DNA of 20,000 nucleotides, taken from positions 45,770-65,769 of the forward strand of contig MU271440.1 in the NCBI GenBank assembly GCA_021432655.1, in the 5' to 3' direction. This document shows positions 1 to 13,708 of the stretch, piece after piece; positions within the stretch are counted from its first letter, which is position 1, and each line of letters begins with the position of its first letter. The stretch is from Atractiella rhizophila. Lineage: Eukaryota. Below the pieces are notes generated by a model. The model saw only the letters and a list, made by a program, of their open reading frames with translations. It was not told the origin of the DNA and ran no database searches. A program made the position numbers and the translations under genes.

Positions 1-1559
1 CCGTCTGTGATGATACAGAAACTCCCATCAGATCACAACGTGGAATACGGTGGGACAATGGTCTATGTCAAAGAGAACGGAAGGATGCTTCTTATTTCTT
101 TGCTAGCTGGGAGTCGAGACGCCTTCGCTCATCTCCATGCAATACTGTCTGGTATTGAATGGCCGCTGAGAGAGGAACCCAGATGTTCTTTAATACATTG
201 GGAGAGAATTTCGTTGGGTTTCTTTGTAGATCACCGTCCAAAAACGATCCTTCATCACGCAATGAGCGGAGCCTAACCCAAACCGAGACGCAATGTTTCC
301 TGGTTTCCTGCGGTTCTCCTTTCAGCGCGGTTATCTTTGAAGCCTTTGAACAACGAGGAAGGCTTTGCTGTTACAAATACCAAAGATAAACAAACACGGA
401 TAGTTTCATAGATTCCGGCTGCTAACTTCCTCTCCCGAAGTCGCAGATGGAGGAGTTATTAAACCAAAGAAGCTTATCGAGGTGCGCAGTGTCATTGGGA
501 TGTGTCGTGCAAGGAGAAGTGGGGACGGAAACTATTGTACTGAGTTCATTCAAACGCAGGCAGCATGGAGTTTTGCGCGTCCCTCGCCATGGGAAAGCTG
601 GACTCAGGGCTGGAGACGGAGGCGGCGCTTGACGGAACGAGGCTCGTTAGTGTGGTGGCTCAGGTGGCAGGCCATTCACCATTCGCTGATGAAACTAGAA
701 GTGCCTAGTTAGTACGCAGCTCGTATTTCTCTTCTCGTCCGAAACAAAATATGCGGAGGGTGCAACCGTGAACGGTCTGTTCACTCGGGTAGGGCTGTTG
801 CTCTTTGAATTCATCGCACCTCCTCGTAGAACGACTTCAATAGGTGAAGGACCGACTGATAGGCAGAACAGTCATCATTTTTCATGCTCTAACATTGAGA
901 CTTGATTGAGACCCTCCATCCAGGGTCTTCCCCACCTCGGTCGAACTCCTGAATCTCCCTAGGCGTCATTTGGTTGCGCTGCCAGATCGAGCCCAGATTG
1001 ATCGTTACCATTGATATTGTATTGATCAATAATTCTCGAATCACTCTATTTCAGAACCTAAAGTCTTCTGAATATCTCCTCTGCAGCTATCTCGGTTTGT
1101 CACAGAGACCAACAGACCAAATGAGAACTGCAAAATGATGTGGGTGGGGCTCTCAGAGCGGTCCACCCGATCACAGAACATCGATCGCCTTCCACACTAC
1201 CAGTCTGATCGAGCCTGAGAACGAGAGCACTCACCAGTCGCTAAGACCTGCTTACCGAGGGAAGTCGTCAGATCGTCAGATGTCGCTCCTGACAGCACTG
1301 TTCTACTCCAGTTCTTTCCAGGTAATGCTGAAGAAGACCAAACCTCATTCATTCCGTACCGAAGAGCTGCAGAAGAAGTGGCTTGAACCCTGGATTTGAT
1401 CTTGTCGAGATCTGGAGGGCAAAGTGGCAACTCAGTGACAAACGTCTTTAAAAGCAGGTTGCAATTTTGCATCGAAACAGGCGACCATTTCTCCTCTACA
1501 CCCAAGACATTTGCCACTCTCGCCACAGTCAAAACAGCTTTGTTCAGATTGCGTTCGAT

Positions 1560-3228
1560 ATGCCATCTCAAGCCTTTCGAACTGTGGTTATCCCCATTGG
1601 TAAGTCGGATTTGCTTCTTGTGGCATATGGTTTGACTGTCTCCACAGTGATTGGGACCTGGTGAGCGACTTGGCAAGGGGCGTCAAAATAGATGCTGACC
1701 GTCCGTAGGACAAACGCCGCTTTATGGGGTTTAGAAGTGTAATTTTTATTCCTTGGGCTTTGAGGCATCGTCTAATAAGTCTGATTTAGGTGCATGGTGT
1801 ACCTGTACTATTCACGCGCATGTTCGAGGGATGGACCGCTGATGCGAACTGCTGTTGCCATCGTGCGTTTCTTTTTTCACATTTTTAGGACACAGATTGA
1901 CCGTAGCCAAGTGCACAATTGTCGACACAGCTTGTACAGCTGTGACCATGTCTTGTAGGCTGTTTCCCCTCGTTGTTAACCCCCTGTTCTCCTTTCTGAC
2001 CAAAATGCAGGTGTTTATGGCTACACCGTCACAAATTGGGGGAATGAAGCTTATCTCTTACGTCAAGGTAAGCTCCGATATGTTGTGTTAGCACAAGAGT
2101 CGATAACAGTATTGCAGGATGGCACTTTCCTGCATACGTTCTTCTTACTGGTCAATATTTTCCTTCCATTGAAAGAAAACGCCTTGACCCCTGCCTTAGC
2201 CACGACCGCCATCGTCGTGCAGAGCTACTTCATCCAGCGCTACCTCCGCCTATCTCGTAATTTCATCGTCACTGGGCTGTTGGCAATTCTGTCTTTGCTT
2301 GCTTTTGCCGGCTCTATAGCGCTGTCTTCTATAGTTGCGAGATATCCCGATTATTCAGAAAGAAGCAAGATCAAGATTCCAGCCATTCTGTGGGCGGGCT
2401 CAAAGGCTGTTTGTGGTTCGTCTCTCTGTCCGCTTGAATACAACACTTCTCCTGATCCTTTGGGGTTTAGACACCGCAATCGCATGCACCTTGATTTTCC
2501 ATCTTTTGCGATATCGAGCAAATAGGCAGCCACTGCAACGTGCGTTTGACGATTTCATTGCTGAAAGTTACCTGATGCCGCGTCGTAGACACCAGAAAAT
2601 TGATTTCAACGCTGTGCGTCCTTGCAATAGAGACAAGTACCCCAACAGCCGTTGTATGTCGCACTTTTTTAGATCAACTAGAATTGAATCCCTCTTCAGA
2701 TCGCCTCTGCAGGATTGATAACGTATCTCGAGAACAATTCAAGGTATGAGATCGTTATGATGCCTACTTCATCTGACAACTACGACAGCAACGCGCCGAC
2801 GGGCATTCTCTTCAACCTTGGTCGTGCCTACTCCATCACCCTCCTTATGAATCTTTTAATGAGAGAAACCCTTTCCACTCCTGGTCATACGAATGCAGAC
2901 CCCGAGTTCGGGCTCCCGAAGTCTATATTGACCACACCCAGTGTGCTCATGAATGCCATTGCGGTGCAACATGAGACGATTGTCGAAGTTGACAGGGTCA
3001 GTCTTCAATGTTTGGTTTATTTGGTTCGGTCACAACAAGCTCATCAAGGGGCAGGAACGTCCTAAGGGCGAACAGTCTGGTGAAGAGCAGAAGCCAGTTC
3101 CCCTCAAATGCTCCCCAACCAGCAGCGATTTCGCTGTTGGGAAAGATATAGCAAGTGACCCGAACGCTTTTCAGGTCTCTTATCCTAAAGGATCTCGCAC
3201 CTCCTCTCAAGCCTCGTTCACATCCTGA
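1560..3228 (+). CDS. Polytopic (about 7-TM) integral membrane protein, DUF6534-like fungal family; 13 exons, ~356 aa
   Basis: Hand-spliced exons 1560-1599, 1648-1660, 1709-1738, 1790-1862, 1912-1954, 2011-2067, 2118-2150, 2200-2415, 2471-2539, 2589-2653, 2700-2743, 2789-2996, 3049-3228. All introns are GT-AG and the frame is open (1071 nt): MPSQAFRTVVIPIVIGTWTNAALWGLEVCMVYLYY...YTVTNWGN...IVVQSYFIQRYLRL...DTAIACTLIFHL...TRKLISTLCVLAIETSTPTAV...GRAYSITLLMNLLMRE. The motifs IGTW-N-LWG, VQ-YF--R, D--IA-TL, AIET and GR-YS-TLL-NL--R match my recollection of basidiomycete DUF6534 proteins. Confidence 0.85.
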
Positions 3229-3525
3229 ATTGTCCAACGAAACGAAACTATCAAAAGTGGTCGAAATTGGTTATCGTTATTTATTTTGATGTACCATATA
3301 GCTTACCCCACCGTATAGCATTGGCACCGGAGCTTGCTTTAATTTTTATCACAACCGCCAAAGGACGGTACGATCTTGCGCAAAGTCACCGATTCAGTGA
3401 GAAAATCGAAGTCATTTCAAGCTATCAGACAACAAAAGGCTCGGCCCGAGTAAAGACAAGAATGAGAGACCGTGCAGAGATATTTCACAAACCCAAAAAT
3501 TTAGGTAACATTAACATTTCGCATC

Positions 3526-4610
3526 CTATAGAAGCTCAAACTCGGTTCCAAATGCCTCCTTCCCGCTCATCTTCAGCACACCAAATCGCAATAGCATGGG
3601 CTCGTCACTCCCGTCCCGGTCCTCTCCTCCTCCACCTAGGCCAAAAAGGGCGGGATTGTGAAGTGACCCAAAGAATCCTTCGAAAGAGACGGGAAGAGGA
3701 CGAAAACTTCTTCGTTTGAAGACAGAGACGATGATGAAGGGAAAGTTAAGGAGCCAAGCTGTCGAGTAGGCAATGAAAATCGGCATTCGTCGATAGTCGA
3801 AGTGGCGCGAGATGGGGAGATGCAAGGACCACGGTGCAAAAAAGATACCAGCAATTCCAAGGTAGGAAATGAATGCCTGGAGAAGGAGAAGTTTGCCGTT
3901 CCGCCACAGCTGTGAGTTGAAAAATGGTTTCGACGAGTGTAAAACGTCGAATGTGGAGGAGATCTCGCGAAGGCTAAGTGACTGTTCCTGGACTCGTTCC
4001 CTGCAAAACAACTCCCGCTCAACCTCAACTTAAAGTGTGACAACAAATTGACGCACCAGGCGTTTCTGCCCAGTACTGGGAGGGCAGCTCTGCGAATGGC
4101 GAGATGGAAGCAGAAAGCGAACAGAAGCTCCAGGGTAATCAAGCCCTCGAGTTCCAACCCCAACCCCGCTGGCGTCTTTCCATCAGCCCATTCCCCGACG
4201 CCGTGATGGGCAGCCGCGAACGCGAGTGCCACGAGCAAATAAAAAAGGGGAGAAAGCGTATCTCTCTTTCTCGACCTCGAGGGGGGTGAAGGGGAAGGAG
4301 ATGGGAAGGATGGTGTTGTGGGCACTCTCTGAGGCAGCTTGTAGTCGTCTGCAGATAGATGCTCAAAAGAAACGAGAGTGGGAGCTGGAGAGGAATTGAT
4401 GGTTCGTATTGATTTTGTTATCGAACGAATAGACTTCGAGCTCAGTTTTGACGAGCGGCCGTGTCCGTTCGAAGAAGGAGCATAGAGAATGTAAGAATCG
4501 GGTTCAAGGTCCAGGGAATAGGATCTTGTTGGTGACGGAGGGCGGATTACGGGAAAGGGAGAGGGTGATGGGGAGGCAGGTTGAAAGTTGACCTCGCCAA
4601 ATGGGAACAT
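3526..4610 (-). CDS. Hypothetical fungal membrane protein (Ser/Pro-rich N-terminus plus about 4 TM helices); 2 exons, ~342 aa
   Basis: ORFs 3636-4610 and 3526-4011 join in frame through a GTGCGT...TTGCAG intron at 4001-4056 (..GRNAW|ERVQEQ..). Hydrophobic segments: LFYLLVALAFAAAHH, LELLFAFCFHLAI, LLLLQAFISYLGIAGIFFAPWSL, IFIAYSTAWLLNFPFIIVSVF. The C-terminus contains SFEGFFGSLHNPAL and LLRFGVL. Confidence 0.8.
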
Positions 4611-5468
4611 TTCTAGATTGATGAAGAAAGAGCGTCAAGGGTCAAAGGGAGTGAACGCAGAAATGGGCTGTTCTGCTTTTGAGGAAACGTCCAGGAATTC
4701 AAAGCAAAGGGAAGCTTGTCCCTTATCTACCCGTTCATGAAAAAGAAGGCTCGCCCAAACTTGCATCTCGCTGACTTTGTGCAGTGGGTCTCTGGGAACA
4801 TGAACCGGAATAACCCACGCTTCCCCGATAAGTAACATGACTGTCCGACGTTCAACAGCGCCTCACTCACGCCACACAATGTGACTGTAGAAAGAACGAC
4901 GTGAATACAACAGGAGGTCCAAGGATGTTTCAAAGTGAATGGCCAATATCCCAGTGTTCTGTTTGCAACATAATTCATGACTGCTGCGCAACTGATTGTG
5001 CCCAAATTACGCGATCACAGTCGTTGTTTTGTATTCACGTGGAGTTGTCGCGTCCCGCCTCACGGCTTGACATGATCGGTGGAGTTTTTCTCAAGGCATT
5101 TCGCGCAGACCTGAAGGCAACCTCGGCTTTGGTTTGTGCCATCAAGCCGTCCTCAGCCTCCAAGCATCCAATGCTCCGTACAGGCAGAACTGTATAAAAC
5201 CAAATGTTTTGGAGGGATACCGCGGAGCATGAAGCAGAACTTTGGCTGCCGACCCTGTGATAAAGCACAGGAAAGAGTCTCACGCAATCCAGCCTGCAAG
5301 GTTGGAGATCTGATGCGTTGGAAAACCTACAACCTGAGAACTATTATAAATAGCTGCTCTCGCAACTCAGCTCTGGAGAAACGTCGCTCAGAAGTTCGCA
5401 GGTGTGAAAGGATATCGAACAGGGATGCCTCACGCAATCTTCTTTGTGAGAACAGAAGACATACACCT

Positions 5469-6313
5469 TCACCCCTTGACGAATATTCCAGCCTGATGCC
5501 ACCACAAGCTCTCTCGGTCCTCCCCGTCCTTTCCAAACAACACGGTTTCTCCTTCGTTCCAGCACCCCACTTCCTTGATGAGCTTCACAGAATCCCTGTC
5601 CAGTTTGCATCCGTCAAAGAGCGTGCTCCAGATCGGCGTCCAGATTCGTTGGAATATTCGAGACGAAGCAATGGGGGATAGGACGTGCTCATAGAAGAGG
5701 AAAGAGCCTTTCGGCGCTAGGACGGTGTCGAAAAAGGCTGGCATACGGGAGAGGGTGGAAGGAGGGAAGGAGCAGAAGGTCAGAATGGAAATTATACAAT
5801 CGATTGATTGTGTCTGAAGCGGGGGCTGATTTTCCTCGCAAAGCGCAAGGACCTCTGCTTCGAAGTCAGATCGATGGAACTAGAATAGAGGAATGACGAA
5901 CCTTCAACCGTGAGTGGAAGAACCATAATCTGATCCTGCCTCCATCCATGCGCCACGCCCATATTCAGTATCTTGTCATGCATATCTCTATTCGGCTCCA
6001 CCGCGATATACACCTCCACCTTGTCTGGATCAAGATACTTGAGCGAGTGTCCATGTCCTGCCCCAATCTCAAGCACGCGACCTCTCGCCCTCTTCGAATC
6101 CGTCAGCAGTCGGGCCTTTACTGGAGCGCCAGCGGTGTCTGTCGGCTCGGAAAACGCGTCCCAAACGAAGGCGAAGAACAGGCGCCGCATTTGGAAAGGA
6201 TGGAGGAGAAGGGATGGACGGGAACATACGGCATGCACGAACGGTGGGAGCGAAACACGGAGGGCGGCCCAGATGTCCCAGATGGGTGAAAGAAAAGTTT
6301 GGAGGAGAGGCAT
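5469..6313 (-). CDS. Class I SAM-dependent methyltransferase, METTL7A/B (TMT1)-like; 2 exons, ~265 aa
   Basis: Exons 6313-5902 and 5854-5469, with a GTTCGT...CTGAC...CAG intron at 5855-5901, in frame. Motif I is VLEIGAGHG and post-I is YIAVEPN. Downstream come SIDCIISILTFCS, LAPKGSFLFYEHV, FQRIWTPIW and DGCKLDRD, typical of METTL7-like enzymes. The start at 6313 (MPLLQTF) is inferred. Confidence 0.9.
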
Positions 6314-7472
6314 TGTCGAGATCTGTGAAGGCGAGATCAGCGATCTGTAACGAAGAGAATATTGTTTCGACAAAGGGGCCACCATTATCAAACAATTCCT
6401 TTCGCCAACCGAGCGACAGGGTGATGAGAGAACGCCAAGTAAGCTGAATGCCCCTGTTCCTACCTCTCCTTCCTGGCAGAGGTATATGAGCATGCCACTA
6501 TCTCGTGAGCCTTGAAACAAACAGAAATATCGGATGGCTTCATAGGCACATCGACTCACATCATGAGCAGCCTGAGAGAAGGAAATACATTTAAACAGTC
6601 GGATGTGCTGAATTTATAAGGGACAGCGTCCGTAAAACGCTATCAGAAAACTTCTGCTTTCAAGTCGCTCTCCATCGCCTGATTAAAATATCCAACATTT
6701 TGAAAGGTAGTGAAATGGCGTGTATGGTATTGATGAAGTCTCGAGTGGAAACTCGAGCCACAATCTAACCTCCACCTCCACCTCGCGCTGCAAGAGGAAA
6801 CTATGTAGACAAATAGAACTGGATTCCAAACCTGCGAGTATTTACAACGTGCACCACAAAGCACAAGAGTGCTATCCCAAGAGGGCTTGACTGGAGAGGA
6901 TGGAGAAGCAAGGAGTAGTGTGGCGGCATGAGAACCTGAACTCTGCCATTCGGGAGAACGTGAGGCTCTTCAGATTCAGATCTTCACTTTCGAAAATTAT
7001 GACTGAGCTGCCTTTTTCTGTTGTTTTTAGTATACGATCAAGTGCACAGGTCTCAGTCAACAAATTAACAATATGTGGTTTTTGAAGAGAAAACTGTGTG
7101 AAGAGAAAGCGAAACGGACCTGAGTGACTGCTCTCCGCTATACAATAATAAAGTTCAAATATTTCCTCCAGACTTCTTCACCTGGATTATTATTGTAATA
7201 AATTCAATGAGCTTGAAAAATCTGAAGGAATCGAATTGGATATTTGAGATGACTCAGATTATAGAGTTCGTTCAATGTGTGCTGACAAAGGAATCCTACT
7301 ACAAAGGGATCCGTGCACCGCCTCTCGGACGTTGGTGATGCCATAATGTTGTTAGCGCTAAATAGGCATTACCGCGAGGGGAGATTGGAGGCTGCGTTGG
7401 CTGTTGGAAAGATGGCAAAATGAACACCTTCCATCATCGTCGCTCGCGTGGTGACGAGATCGGCCTTAGGAG

Positions 7473-7521
7473 CCCTAACCCTAACTGCTAAGTGGAGGCT
7501 CACTCGCCCTCAACCAATCAG
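7473..7521 (+). promoter_or_regulatory. Candidate promoter elements upstream of the SRPK gene: telomere-like box (CCCTAA)2 and CCAAT box
   Basis: CCCTAACCCTAAC at 7473-7485 and CCAATCAG at 7514-7521, about 170-215 nt before the ATG. A reverse-strand CCAATC lies at 7383-7388. Function is inferred only. Confidence 0.35.
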
Positions 7522-7689
7522 TGTCTCACGATCGCAATTCCACCATCTCCCATTCCTTCAGCCGTCACTAGCCTCACTACAGGCCTCCTGCTTCAGCGGG
7601 CATAGTCAGCCACATTGCCGCATACGTCGCAAACGGAGCCATTGTTGGAATCAAACGGACATATTATGATCAAGACGGGCACTTCGACC

Positions 7690-10200
<2,511 letters not shown>

Positions 10201-11052
10201 ACCCGCTGAGTTTCGTGGTTAGGTTGAGATGCAAGAGAGATTGGGGACGATAGAAGAAGAAGTTATAGACAAGATTCCAGTAGTTCAAGACTGTTACCCT
10301 TCGCCGTCGCATATAGAAGTCAAAACGACCGTCACCTACACCTACACATACAGATCACGCCGCACCACGATATGCTATCATTGAACGAAACGGACCGATT
10401 CGAGGCGGGAATCGAGAGCGCCATCATAACCTGTTATTGCTGGCATATGGAACACTACCTTATCCGATCATCTATCCCCGACAGAACTATTCAACCCACT
10501 GTTCCAGTCAGCGGGTTCTGCTCGCCTGTTCGTTCTACTCCCACCTCCCTTTTTTAACCTCCAGACTATAGAGATATGTTGTTGTGTTTGCTTTACTCTT
10601 CTCCGCTTGCTCTTTTTCCTTGCTCAATCAAACCTTGAATTTCCGTTTATGAGTGATTGGATACACATAATGACTTCTCTTCATCCTGAATGCGAAAGGT
10701 GTTGTATCACTTCACTTTATTTCTACTGGAATCTGAGCTACACGTTCCATATTTAGTACTTTATGTTTTTCTCTCCTTTCTCTCGATTCGCTACTCGGCT
10801 TTGACCTGACCCCTACCTGTGGTGGTTGGAGGGAATGATAGAAAGATGGTCCTGCGGCCCTGCTTCTTTGCTTCATATGTGAATGCGTGCCTTTTAACCC
10901 ATGTCATCGTTTTGCTTGTGGCAACCTCTGCTTTTGATTCGAGTAGGGATGACGAAATTGTTGTTTAACTGGAGCTTCTGATAAGGATTGCCAGTCGTAC
11001 ATATTTCGTAATTGCAAACTAATTTCAACAGTCCGTGGGTAGCCCTACGTAC

Positions 11053-11361
11053 CTAGAGGCTTCTGGGAGAAGACCTCCTTTACGATCTCATTGAAAGCGT
11101 ACATACACTCCGGGACAGCCTCCCAAGCATCAAAGCAATCCATCCTCCGGTCGAAGTGCCCGCAAGCTTGTAAAGGTAAGAGAAGGCACAGCCGCCTCCA
11201 TTGTTCGATTGAGAGGATTCGTAGACCTTGGTATTAACCTTCTTGATATCCGCCAGCCGTTTCTGCAAGTCAGGGTCGATCAACTTATTTCTGAGGGGCT
11301 CGCAATGCGACGTGGACGGCGGAATGATCAGTTGATTCGATGGAGGAACACTTCGTAGCTT
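11053..11361 (-). pseudogene. Decayed patatin-like phospholipase gene fragment
   Basis: The minus strand encodes LAGTSTGGWIALMLGRL, with the GxSxG nucleophile elbow at 11143-11160. A different frame then reads ECMYAFNEIVKEVFSQKP, followed by a GTACGT donor. Upstream are indel-broken traces of LR-VF-SI (about 11340-11358) and of a DGGGIKG-like motif (ACGGCTGGCGGATATCAAGAAGGT) right after a CTGAC..TTGCAG acceptor at 11263. Confidence 0.75.
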
Positions 11362-11751
11362 TCCGCCGGAGTACGCAAGTTGCAATCGGTGGACCTTCAG
11401 TTGAATCCCATTTGATTTGTTCGAAATAAATCAGCGGGTTTCGCAACCTCGCCTCCAAGGAGGTACCTCGTCGGAACTCTGGGTTACCGCGTAACCGTGG
11501 ATTAGTTTTCATTTAAATCTGGTGTTGCTTCGCGAGTTTGTTTCAGTATTTCTCTCGCCTGTGTGCGCCCCGTCTAGTGTACTGAGCCCGTATGACAAAG
11601 ATGGCTGAGGCTCCTGGCCCCTCGCTCGCCATCTATCTGCGGCTGAGGTCCTGCATCGATGAGCGGTATCTGTACTTAGTAGTATGCGATTTCCCAGCCT
11701 GTGTGATGCGAGAACAAGTTTGTGTTATGATCGTGAGTCGAACATTTAGGT

Positions 11752-13295
11752 TTACATAATGTCAGGGAGCAGATGGTGCCCTTGCATGCAGGAAAAACGG
11801 AGGTGGCCTGTGATCATATCCCTTAACCTTTGGGTCTGTCCTCCATTTATCGCCTCATCGATTCCATCTATCCATCTTTGAATTACGGCCTTGTGTACGA
11901 CATTCCAGATGTTACCCTCTAGGACGTTTCTCCTTCCATGAGCGCGAAATTGTCTGCATAAACGCCTGGGGATGGGAAGTTTATGCATTCTGTCCCATGC
12001 GTGTCCTTCGCGCCATGATCGGCTGCGGCGTTCAGTCTTGACACATTGTCATCACCTCCTCTGCGTGCCCTGACGTGTTTGAGCGTCAGTGGGGTTTGCG
12101 AACATTCGCAGAAGCCATCTGTACCAGAACCTGCCCGTAACCCACATGTCTGCATTGCCAATGCCTCTTGTCTCATTTAGTGCAAGCTCAAAATGCTCTT
12201 GCACTACTAGAAAATATTGTCGCACTTAGCGGATAACTTTTAACGACTTACTTATTCGACACATTCATTCAGCTAATAGTGTGATGCAAGCCATTGTGAA
12301 AAAGAGTGATTTGTGATGAGGATGTTAGTCTGGCGTCTAGCCTTTTGGCTGCTTCTAACGTGATCGGTTGTGGTCGGAGTCTTGTTGTGACTTTCGACAC
12401 TATCAGTTGTTTTATGACCTTTGCAATGTCTGTGAGAGGCAGTGACTTGGACATTGTTAGTAGAGTGTATACGCAAATGACTGCCTAGCACTCCTTTTTC
12501 TCATTCAAGTGAGTCATCACTAATCGTTCTCAAAAATTGTGCCTTTTCCTCTGGCTCTGTGCCAACCAACCAGCATTTGACGGCATGTCTGTTGCCACTA
12601 CTTCCCTAAATTCGTTGAGGAAGTACGCCTTCCTTCCAGTCCGTGCGGCTGCCATAGTATCTCTGGAAAGTCTCATACTTGAGGCATTTTCTCTGTGATC
12701 CTCCCATGTTTAGAACAAAGGGTGTTTCAGGGGTAGAAAGAAGTAGAAATGTTCAAAAGAATGAACTTCAGAACTCCATCATCCCACATATTGTCAACAT
12801 CTGCTCTTACTTGTACAACCTTGACAGATCATTGTCTAAGTGGCAATGGAGGTACGACCACAGTTTTAGGTTACTCTCTCCTATATCCTTTAGTCTTGCA
12901 CTCACGAAGAAGCCTGGATCTTCATTCACCATCTTGTCTAGCCGCTCCAGAATCGAGTTCGGTTAGGGACCAAGGTACCGTTTCTCCAACGCCAATCCGA
13001 TTTCTAGAACAGACAAGATACGCTAAACTATTGCCACTTGGTAGCTTTTCAGACATGTTTCATTTGCTCTCTTCACTGGTGCTCGAGATCCTCTAACCAT
13101 TCGGCCCGACCTCGACTTCCTAACGATCTATCGAAGATTCTCTACGTTCTCTCGCTCATGTATAAAGACACTACAGAGGGGACAAAGGTCAGACGAGACT
13201 CCCTTCAGCACCCAGAGACCGAATTCGCCACCATCTTTGGCTGTCAGGTATGAAATCAGAGGGTCTGCAGTAACTTGAGGGCTGGCTCCTGCCAT
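11752..13295 (-). pseudogene. Possible long degenerate ORF of unknown family (gene or transposon relic)
   Basis: ATG 13295, ORF 12273-12491 and ORF 11919-12176 all lie in the same minus frame. Between them are protein-like stretches (RILSVLEIGLALEKRYLGP*PNSILERLDKMVNEDPGFFV; KCWLVGTEPEEKAQFLRTI) broken by about 14 stops. Only one CpG occurs in 12661-12900. I recognise no domain. Confidence 0.35.
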
Positions 13296-13708
13296 TGCTA
13301 ACTATCCCACCGTGGGAGGATTAGTGAATCTACTGCAGGGAACTGTGAGGAAGTGACAAGTCATTGGCGATGGAGGAGGAAAGTGAACATCAAATTAACG
13401 GAGGGTGGGGAAAGGAAAGGCGGTGGTAGGAGGTCCCAGTCCCATCATGTATCTATTTATCAGTTAAAGAGCTTCATAAAACTTCATGGCCATATAGCTT
13501 TATAATTGATTGCACCACCATCCCTACCACAAGTTCTGCTTGTAAAATGCCAACATTGAACACAAGTAGAAAAAACGAGAGACGAGCAACCAGCTGACTT
13601 GAACGATGAAAGTTACTGAAATATCAATAACGAGTCGACAACACGAAGAACGATGAAATGGACCTAAACGACACACAAAAACATAAAAGTATTCAACAGC
13701 CAAAAATG

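Noticed and set aside
1..712. Short overlapping + ORFs, a GCTAAC..CAG acceptor-like signal (421-446) and faint resemblance (LIEVRSVIGM) to transposase C-termini
   Set aside because: I could not build a consistent frame or find a splice donor, and the resemblance is too weak. It may be the tail of a gene or relic outside the window.
1197..1676. 159-aa minus-strand ORF
   Set aside because: It overlaps the first exons and promoter of the well-supported + gene in antisense and has no recognisable motif.
3267..3719. 150-aa + ORF
   Set aside because: Non-ATG start, antisense to the 3' end of the membrane protein gene, no motifs.
4635..5681. Several 67-181 aa ORFs between and overlapping the membrane protein and methyltransferase genes
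   Set aside because: Mostly non-ATG starts or antisense shadows, with no splice-consistent model or motif.
6314..6559. N-terminal extension of the methyltransferase ORF
   Set aside because: It begins at a non-ATG codon and reads as UTR/promoter. ATG 6313 gives a family-typical length, although ATG 6385 cannot be excluded.
10320..10345. CACCTACACCTACACATAC short repeat in the kinase 3' region
   Set aside because: Ordinary low-complexity UTR sequence, with no repeat-spacer or CRISPR-like structure.
11430..11580. Small hairpins (GGTTAC-CGC-GTAACC at 11482-11496) and a CTAG|T near 11575 suggesting a Helitron 3' end
   Set aside because: No strong GC hairpin sits at the expected distance from CTAG, and there is no Rep/helicase sequence.
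12178..12214. CACTACTAGAAAA (CACTA TIR-like) overlapping a 9-bp inverted repeat TAGTGCAAG..CTTGCACTA
   Set aside because: There is no partner TIR, target-site duplication or transposase in the window, so chance is a sufficient explanation.
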